Of a DNA stretch of 64,000 bases, positions 57,870-64,000 are shown one piece after another; the stretch's first letter is position 1, and every line of letters starts with the position of its first letter. A program made the translations under genes and the position numbers. Source of the DNA: an uncultured bacterium (GTDB taxonomy: Bacteria > Fidelibacterota > Marinisomatia > Marinisomatales > Marinisomataceae); assembly GCA_943788675.1 (NCBI GenBank), contig CALSRE010000002.1:73371-137370 (forward strand). The letters are read 5' to 3'. The notes under the pieces were generated by a model. The model searched no databases. It saw only the letters and a list, made by a program, of their open reading frames with translations, and was not told the DNA's origin.

Positions 57870-58506
57870 TATCTAGATAAATTATTACACTCGCAAATTG
57901 TTTCAAAAAATAATCGCTATGAGATGAAAGTATTACAGTCGTTCCTAGAATATTATTCATCTTAGTTATTTTTTTTCTCAAAATCATTTCTGTTCTTGGG
58001 TCAAGAGAAAGACCATAATCATCTATCAAGAGAACCCTAGGATCTTTTTCAACACCTAAAACAGTTTTAAGCCAATGCTTTTCTCCGCCCGAAATTAAAT
58101 TTACTGGAGTTTTCCAAAGAGCTTCCATCTGAAAACCTGTAAAATGCCTTGATTTAATTTGCTGCGTTTTTGATGGAAAATTTTTTTTAATTAATTGGCC
58201 AACTGTTCGGGATGTATTAACAGAGTTGATATCTAGATAATTAATATCTTTATGGTCTTTTATTTTACCAAAAATATTCCTCTTAAAAGGGCTTCCTTGA
58301 TACAATAATGAACCGCTAGTTTGTTTAGTTTCTCCTGAGAGCACTTTAAGAAGAGAGGTTTTTCCCGATCCAAAGTTTCCACATATGCCATAGATTAGGC
58401 CATTGTGAAATTTTAAAGTTTTGATTTCTAAAGCTTTTTTATCTTTAAACCTAAGCTTAAGGTTGTTTACATCATAAATCTGTTTAAGTTCCATTGCTTC
58501 CTCCAA
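57808..58506 (-). CDS. ABC-type ATP-binding protein, orphan, with non-canonical Walker B
   Basis: 232 aa. Walker A GNFGSGKTSLLK, signature ISGGEKHW, Walker B VLLIDDYG (Asp where the catalytic Glu is expected), H-loop SSHS. No permease lies adjacent. Confidence 0.75.
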   Translation of the reverse strand: MEEAMELKQIYDVNNLKLRFKDKKALEIKTLKFHNGLIYGICGNFGSGKTSLLKVLSGETKQTSGSLLYQGSPFKRNIFGKIKDHKDINYLDINSVNTSRTVGQLIKKNFPSKTQQIKSRHFTGFQMEALWKTPVNLISGGEKHWLKTVLGVEKDPRVLLIDDYGLSLDPRTEMILRKKITKMNNILGTTVILSSHSDYFLKQFASVIIYLDNGHVSKVRKGFKRNSVRKNK

Positions 58507-58519
58507 AAGGACAGCAAAA

Positions 58520-59506
58520 CTATTCGTTAATATTATCTTCTAAGTACTTTTCAGCATCAATTGCAGCCATACATCCAGAGCCAGCCGCTGTAATTGCTTG
58601 TCGGTAGTGATCATCTTGAACGTCTCCACATGCAAAAATTCCAGGAATGTTGGTTAAAGATGAATCTGGTTTGGTGATAATATATCCATTTTCATTTAAA
58701 TCTATTATACCGTCAAATTGCGAAGTGTTTGGTGTGTGACCAATTCCATAAAATACACCTTCACAATCAAAATCAGATTCTTCCCCTGTCAAGGAATCAA
58801 CTAGTAAAATACTAGTAATACCATCTTTTTGAGAGCCGTTAATTGATTTTATACTTTTGTTCATTAAGATATCTATAGATGGATTATTCTCAGCTCTATC
58901 AAGCATTATTTTAGATGCCTTAAATGTTTCGCTTCGATGAATAATTGTAACTTTCTTAGCAAATTTTGTCAAGAAAGATGCTTCCTCCATAGCGGAGTCT
59001 CCTCCACCGACAACAACAATGTTTTTTTCTTTAAAGAAATAACCATCACATGTTGCGCATGTACTTATTCCGTAACCCATCAATTCTTCTTCCTCTTTTA
59101 AACCCAACATTCTGGCAGAAGCTCCAGTAGAAATGATTACAGTCTCTGATAAATATTCTTCTTCTCCAACAAACAATTTATAAGGCTTAGCACTAAAATC
59201 CACCTTTGTAACATGCTTAAAAAAGCATTTCGCACCAAATTTTTTAGCTTGATCTCTAAATAAATCCATCATCTCTGGACCCATAATCCCATCTGGAAAA
59301 CCGGGGAAGTTTTCGACATCAGTAGTTATAGTCAACTGTCCTCCAGGTTGATTTCCCTCAAAAACTATAGGTTTAAGATTTGCTCTTCCGGCATAAATAG
59401 CAGCAGTTAGACCGGCTGGTCCTGAGCCAATTATAATTGTTTTATGAATAGTTTTATCTGTCATTAAATTAATATAGTTAACTAACGATTTGGTTAACGC
59501 TATCAA
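58520..59506 (-). CDS. trxB: thioredoxin-disulfide reductase
   Basis: 328 aa. FAD motif GSGPAGLTAAIYA, redox centre CATCDG, NADPH motif GGGDSAMEEA. Confidence 0.95.
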   Translation of the reverse strand: MIALTKSLVNYINLMTDKTIHKTIIIGSGPAGLTAAIYAGRANLKPIVFEGNQPGGQLTITTDVENFPGFPDGIMGPEMMDLFRDQAKKFGAKCFFKHVTKVDFSAKPYKLFVGEEEYLSETVIISTGASARMLGLKEEEELMGYGISTCATCDGYFFKEKNIVVVGGGDSAMEEASFLTKFAKKVTIIHRSETFKASKIMLDRAENNPSIDILMNKSIKSINGSQKDGITSILLVDSLTGEESDFDCEGVFYGIGHTPNTSQFDGIIDLNENGYIITKPDSSLTNIPGIFACGDVQDDHYRQAITAAGSGCMAAIDAEKYLEDNINE

Positions 59507-59807
59507 TTAATGCCTGTTCTGACTGTAACCCAACTTCCTGCTTTACAATTTCACCTTTATGAAAAAATAGCAGGGTTGGAATGCTTCTAATTCCGTATTT
59601 CACGGGAGTTTGCTTTACTTCATCGACATTTACCTTACCTACAAGGATTTTATCGCCAAATTGTTCGCAAATTTTATCTAGAATAGGTGCTATAGCTTTA
59701 CATGGACCGCACCACTCAGCCCAAAAATCAACAATTACGAGCTTTTCAGAATTAATAACCAGCTCATCGAAGTTTTCATCAGTAATTTTTACAGTTTTGT
59801 CAGACAT
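59478..59807 (-). CDS. trxA: thioredoxin
   Basis: 109 aa. Active site DFWAEWCGPCK. Confidence 0.95.
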   Translation of the reverse strand: MSDKTVKITDENFDELVINSEKLVIVDFWAEWCGPCKAIAPILDKICEQFGDKILVGKVNVDEVKQTPVKYGIRSIPTLLFFHKGEIVKQEVGLQSEQALIDSVNQIVS

Positions 59808-59884
59808 AAATTTCCAAATCGTTAAATTATAAACTTCTGAATTTATATGATTTATTTAAATTGAGTAACAAAAAAAATTAATAT

Positions 59885-61096
59885 CTAAGAAACAATTCTT
59901 AGAAATCTTCTTTTTCCTACTTTAACAATGACATCTTCATCTGAAGGTGAAATAGTCTGGTTTATATCACCGCAAACCTTTCCATCAACTTTGACAGCGT
60001 TTTGATTAATCAACCTTTTTCCTTCACCCTTGCTAGCTATAAGCTTTTCGCTCAATAAAATATCAACAAGATTTATTTCGGAAGAAAGATTATACGAAGG
60101 CATGTTGTCAGGGTTATCTTTTTTAACAAAAATTTGGTCAAATGCAGCTTCAGCTAATTTAGATTTCTCTTGTGAATAGTATCTTTCAACCAAATCTTTA
60201 GCAAGACTTCTTTTAATATCTCGGGGATTATTTGAATTATCTTCTAATAGTAGCTTAACAGATTCAATTCTATCTCTATCCGCAAAAACAGCTAATTTAT
60301 AGTACTTGAGAATCATTAAATCATTAATTGACATAATTTTTCCGTACATATCTTCTGGACTATCGTCAATAGCTATGTAGTTATCATAAGATTTTGACAT
60401 CTTTTCTATGCCATCCGTACCCTCTAAGAGCGGTAAAGTGATAATTGATTGGGGTTCTTGGCCATATTCCCTTTGTAAATCTCTCCCGACAAGTAAATTG
60501 AATTTCTGGTCTGTGCCGCCCAATTCAACATCGGCATTAATTTCAACTGAATCCATTGCTTGTGCTAATGGATACAAAAATTCATGCATTGAGATCGGGA
60601 TTTCAGATTCAAATCTTTTTGTAAAATCATCCCTTTCAATCATTCTTGCAACTGTATATTTACTACTCATTTTAATTACATCCTCAAAGTTCATTTTATT
60701 AAGCCAAGTACTATTAAATATAACTTTAAGTGTTTTTACATCAAGTATTACTTTAGATTGTTCAATATACGATTCAGCATTGGCTTTAGCCTCTTCTAAT
60801 GTTAGCTGCGGTCGTGTTTTATTTCGTTCAGATGGATCGCCAATCATTGCAGTAAAATCTCCAATTACCAGAACTGCTTGATGACCTAAATCTTGAAAAT
60901 CTCTAAGCTTTTGAAGAACTACGCTGTGCCCTATATGCAAATCTGGTCTACTTGGATCACAACCAAGTTTTATTGTTAAAGGCTTATTATCTTTGATTGA
61001 TTTTTCAAGCTTTTTTCTTAAATCTTTTAGAGGGATAACTTCTTCAGTTCCTCGAGAAATTAATTCTAATTGCTTATCAACAGGAAGAAATGCCAT
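59885..61096 (-). CDS. tyrS: tyrosine--tRNA ligase
   Basis: 403 aa. HIGH-type motif (PDLHIGH), KMSKS, and a C-terminal S4-like domain. Confidence 0.95.
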   Translation of the reverse strand: MAFLPVDKQLELISRGTEEVIPLKDLRKKLEKSIKDNKPLTIKLGCDPSRPDLHIGHSVVLQKLRDFQDLGHQAVLVIGDFTAMIGDPSERNKTRPQLTLEEAKANAESYIEQSKVILDVKTLKVIFNSTWLNKMNFEDVIKMSSKYTVARMIERDDFTKRFESEIPISMHEFLYPLAQAMDSVEINADVELGGTDQKFNLLVGRDLQREYGQEPQSIITLPLLEGTDGIEKMSKSYDNYIAIDDSPEDMYGKIMSINDLMILKYYKLAVFADRDRIESVKLLLEDNSNNPRDIKRSLAKDLVERYYSQEKSKLAEAAFDQIFVKKDNPDNMPSYNLSSEINLVDILLSEKLIASKGEGKRLINQNAVKVDGKVCGDINQTISPSDEDVIVKVGKRRFLRIVS

Positions 61097-61551
61097 TATC
61101 TTCTTCTCATTTCTCTACTAGCTTCTCTATCAAGGTCTTTAATTTTGAGAGCTTCTTTTTTCTGATACATTTTTTTTCCTTTAGCAGTTGCAAATTCAAT
61201 TTTAGCAATTCCCCTCTTAAAATATGCTTTTAAAGGTACAATAGTAAGTCCTTTTTGAGCAACTACATTCTTGAGCTTTATAATTTCTTTTTTATGCAAC
61301 AAGAGCTCTCTATTGCGAACAGGATCATGTCCGCCAATACCAGTATGCGAGTAAGGACTGATATGTGCATTAACTAAGAAAAATCTATCTTTCTTCATTG
61401 TAACAAAGCTGTCTTTCAAGGTTAATTTTTTTTCTCTCAAGCTCTTAACTTCGCTGCCCAAAAGAATTAGTCCTGCTTCGTATTTATCAATAATTGTGTA
61501 GCTATAAAAGGCCTTACGATTCTTGCTTATTATTTCTATTTTATCTTTCAT
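61096..61551 (-). CDS. smpB: SsrA-binding protein
   Basis: 151 aa. N-terminus ISKNRKAFYSY...EAGLILLGSEVKSLR and a basic C-terminal tail. Confidence 0.95.
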   Translation of the reverse strand: MKDKIEIISKNRKAFYSYTIIDKYEAGLILLGSEVKSLREKKLTLKDSFVTMKKDRFFLVNAHISPYSHTGIGGHDPVRNRELLLHKKEIIKLKNVVAQKGLTIVPLKAYFKRGIAKIEFATAKGKKMYQKKEALKIKDLDREASREMRRR

Positions 61552-61697
61552 AAAAAAAAGTTTTTGTTATAAACTCATATTTCTCTAAATTAATATATTA
61601 TTATACTTAAAAAGTTATTAACAAACTGTGTATAATAATTGTGTGTTATATTAATATATCATTATTATTACTAGTAAATTAAGGATAATTTTCTATT

Positions 61698-62180
61698 ATG
61701 AGTAGCATTTATAAACGCAAAAGAAATGGCAAAGAAGATGGATATGTGATGTATTCAACGTATGCATATGATCCGCTAAAAAACAAAAAAAGATATTTCA
61801 ATATTACAATTGGAAAGCTCGGCCCTTCCCTTTCATGGGATGATTGCAAAAAACAAAAAAAAGAATTAGATAGAATGTTTAAATCAAAAGAAGCTGGTAA
61901 AAGTGAAATGAATTTGAAAACAGCCATCAATACCTATTATAAGTTCAAATTATCTAAAAATAAAAAAATGAAGGAAACTTCAAGAAAATTAACTGAGTAT
62001 CATTTGAATAAATTTAACACTACTATATCAAAAAGGTATGGAAGTGGAATTATGGTAAAACATATAGATATCAAAATCTTGGCATGGTACTATGCCCTTA
62101 GAACTAAGGAATTAAAGGAAAGCTCAATGAATGTCCACAGAAGAATAATAGATAGTTTCTTAAAATGGACTAAGAATTGA
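61698..62180 (+). pseudogene. tyrosine-recombinase (phage-type integrase) N-terminal fragment: arm-binding plus SAM-like core-binding region, catalytic domain absent
   Basis: 160 aa, against 350-400 aa for intact enzymes. Basic N-terminal arm-type segment and a core-binding-like segment (LKTAINTYYKFK...ILAWYYALR...SMNVHRRIIDSFLKW). No R..HxxR..Y catalytic region. The stop codon TGA ends on the base opposite the tRNA-Gly discriminator. Confidence 0.55.
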
Positions 62181-62252
62181 GCGAGTGACGCGATTCGAAC
62201 GCGCGACCCCAACCTTGGCAAGGTTGTGCTCTACCAGCTGAGCTACACTCGC
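62180..62252 (-). tRNA. tRNA-Gly (anticodon GCC)
   Basis: Manual fold, 73 nt: acceptor GCGAGTG/CACTCGC, D-arm GCTC-AGCTGGTA-GAGC, anticodon stem CAACC/GGTTG with loop TTGCCAA, T-arm GCGCG-TTCGAAT-CGCGT, discriminator U. Confidence 0.9.
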
Positions 62253-62305
62253 GTAGCATATCATAATAAAACAATTTTAAATTATAAAAAAGAAAAAAAA
62301 TAAAG

Positions 62306-63451
62306 TTAGTTTTTGAAGGGAAAATCTGCTTTATCAGCAATATCTTGAATGAATGCAGCAACATCTTTATCGTCTGGTATAGATGGAGAAAGAGGGATAC
62401 TAAAAAAAGTACTTCTATTTTGATACCCTGCCAAAGAAATACCAAGCTCAGTAGCCTCTTTTTGATATTTTTCAACCAATGAAAGTACATTAGGTTGATT
62501 TGCATATAATTCTTCTAGGCTGATTGAAGGATCTTTAGCTTGTAATCTTTTTAAGCGATAATCTATCTCTTGAAGGCGATTAAATGGAGCAGAAACGTCA
62601 ATAATGGCCTCATTTGGAGCTTTTATTCGAATATCTAAAATACTCAAATGCTTTCCTTGAATACCTCCCCCGTAAACCAAAGCTCCAGAATCAGACTGTT
62701 TAGTTCTAGGTTCTGTTCTTTTGGTTGAGCCACTTACAAAAATATAGTTAGCACCAGGAAAAGAATTTGATAGTGTTGAAAATGAAAGGGAAACATCTCG
62801 AATATTTTTATTATTATTTTTATCAATCAACAATATAATTATATCTACCTTATCTTTAAGATTAACAATATATCTATTTCCCTCTTCGATAAAATTCTTA
62901 TTTATTATTGAATTTGACTTAGCTGATTCACTTAATCCTATAAAGGCTATTTTAGCTCCGTCCTTTTCAAGAATATGATAGGGTTTAAACAGTAGTTCAT
63001 TTGAAGATTTATCATAAAGATTTGCAGAAATAAAATTAACTGATGAATCTTTAGTAATATTAATTAAAAAATCAACCCCACCCTTAAAATCATTGGATCC
63101 AATATTCACAATATCTTGTCCTAAAAATTCTAAAGTTTTAACAAAATTTCTAGCTTTATATCTTTTATTTTCAATAGATAAATTATCAGGATTTATTTCA
63201 TTACTATCAAAAAGAGCGTTTCCAGCATCAATTAATATAGTATTTCTATTAGGCATCAAATTATTTAAAAAATATTTTTTTCTAGCAAGACCTCCTAATG
63301 GAGCTTTTGGACAACCGCAGTCGTAATATTCAGAAAAAACATTTGATGTAGAAACAATAGAAACATCATTTATTTCATTATATTCCAAATTCTGAGATAC
63401 AACAACATTTGATAATAAAAATAATAATGCTAAATATTTAATTTTACTCAT
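62306..63451 (-). CDS. secreted 5'-nucleotidase/metallophosphoesterase-like protein with degenerate metal-binding motifs
   Basis: 381 aa with a signal peptide. Layout resembles UshA-type enzymes (GGLARKKYFL, ILIDAGNALF, IVNIGSNDF, AFIGLS). The usual D-x-H, GD and GNHE residues are replaced. Confidence 0.4.
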   Translation of the reverse strand: MSKIKYLALLFLLSNVVVSQNLEYNEINDVSIVSTSNVFSEYYDCGCPKAPLGGLARKKYFLNNLMPNRNTILIDAGNALFDSNEINPDNLSIENKRYKARNFVKTLEFLGQDIVNIGSNDFKGGVDFLINITKDSSVNFISANLYDKSSNELLFKPYHILEKDGAKIAFIGLSESAKSNSIINKNFIEEGNRYIVNLKDKVDIIILLIDKNNNKNIRDVSLSFSTLSNSFPGANYIFVSGSTKRTEPRTKQSDSGALVYGGGIQGKHLSILDIRIKAPNEAIIDVSAPFNRLQEIDYRLKRLQAKDPSISLEELYANQPNVLSLVEKYQKEATELGISLAGYQNRSTFFSIPLSPSIPDDKDVAAFIQDIADKADFPFKN

Positions 63452-64000
63452 GACTGATCTCCAATATAATTTCTAGTTCATTCATCAGAAAGTTCATTTT
63501 TCTTGACACGGCTTCAAAAGGTTCAGATGTTGTCATGTCAACTCCAGCAAGATTTAACAACTCAACCGGATAATCAGAACTCCCGCTAGATAAAAATGTA
63601 ATAAAATCATCAATACCCTCTTGACCATCTTTTTGCACTCTCTCTGAAATTTTTTCTCCAGCAGCAAAAGATGTGGCATAAGCATACATATAATAATTGT
63701 AATAAAAATGAGGTATACGAGACCATGAGTATGCTTCTTCATCTGTAATTTCCATGCTAGGACCCCAATATCTACTGTACATTTCACCAAATTGAGTTGT
63801 AAGGAAATCTTCTGTTAGAATTTGTCCACTTTCAGCAGCTTCATGCATTAAAAGCTCAAATTCAGCAAATCTGGTTTGCCTATAATACGTAGAACCAATA
63901 TTTTGAATATAATTTTGCAATAATACTGCTTTTTCCTCATCGCTTTCAACATTTGCAAGGAGGTAATCCATTAATAATGATTCTGTAGTTACCGAAGCAA
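63444..64000 (-). CDS. M3B oligoendopeptidase F-like, C-terminal part (gene continues beyond the window)
   Basis: The frame stays open to position 64000 upstream of the listed Met. C-terminal-domain motifs YSRYWGP, WSRIPHFYYNYYMYAYATSFAAG. The HExxH region would lie outside the window. Confidence 0.7.
   Translation of the reverse strand, partial: ASVTTESLLMDYLLANVESDEEKAVLLQNYIQNIGSTYYRQTRFAEFELLMHEAAESGQILTEDFLTTQFGEMYSRYWGPSMEITDEEAYSWSRIPHFYYNYYMYAYATSFAAGEKISERVQKDGQEGIDDFITFLSSGSSDYPVELLNLAGVDMTTSEPFEAVSRKMNFLMNELEIILEISHE

Noticed and set aside
1216-62252. Idea that the tRNA-Val ... integrase/tRNA-Gly interval is one large genomic island
   Set aside because: The interval is filled with single-copy housekeeping genes (mreBCD, dnaJ/grpE, glyA, icd, obg, tyrS, trxAB). 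The two tRNAs are different species, and I saw no matching direct repeats of a tRNA 3' end.
61698-62252. SSV-type split integrase (att site inside the int gene, leaving Int(N) at one provirus end)
   Set aside because: The ORF stops before entering the tRNA sequence. The DNA on the element side of the fragment is core (smpB, tyrS), and no Int(C) fragment is visible. A simple deletion remnant is more parsimonious.
62170-62505. 111-aa minus-strand ORF
   Set aside because: Its C-terminal part is a translation of tRNA-Gly. The rest overlaps the 3' end of the better-supported 381-aa ORF in another frame.
1-64000. Scan for CRISPR arrays, rRNA genes, tmRNA next to smpB, transposases, retron/DGR reverse transcriptases and toxin-antitoxin pairs
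   Set aside because: I saw no regularly spaced repeats and no long GC-enriched non-coding segment. No RT or transposase motifs turned up in any ORF. The RNase H-fold gene at 54478-55011 stands alone without an RT domain, and the smpB flanks contain no tmRNA-like sequence.

Overview
This is a visibly AT-rich, very gene-dense chromosomal segment. I support about 75 protein-coding genes and three tRNAs: Val-GAC, Ser-GCT and Gly-GCC. I found no rRNA, no CRISPR array, no transposase and no intact prophage.

Nearly all genes lie on the minus strand, and many neighbours are joined by 1-26 nt start/stop overlaps, as in a streamlined genome.

Most of the content is housekeeping: tmk, rsmI, cdsA, obg, icd, coaD, rsmD, grpE-dnaJ, ftsEX, nadD, glyA, mreBCD-mrdA-rodA, trxAB, tyrS and smpB.

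Several envelope genes point to a member of the Fibrobacteres-Chlorobi-Bacteroidetes superphylum, possibly a marine streamlined lineage. These are a BamD-like lipoprotein, a PorV/PorQ-like barrel, a GWxTD protein, a short GlgA-like protein next to a lipoprotein, a TatT-type TRAP transporter, and grpE-dnaJ without dnaK. This placement is inference only.

The best candidate for an undescribed system is a seven-gene, translationally coupled cassette at 9571-16191. It encodes a GlmL/MutL-type ASKHA ATPase, a hybrid-barrel/KOW protein, a 96-aa protein and four membrane proteins I cannot place in any family. No mutase partner is present.

Secondary items:
- an integrase N-terminal remnant ending exactly at the 3' end of tRNA-Gly
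- a repeat-rich non-coding stretch beside tRNA-Val
- a trio of orphan degenerate ABC ATPase, beta-propeller protein and GWxTD protein
- a TatT-TRAP transporter followed by a FadL/PorV-like barrel
- an actin-fold-like hypothetical pair upstream of rsmD
- several proteins with degenerate or reduced motifs

All family calls rest on motifs read by eye. No database search was run.
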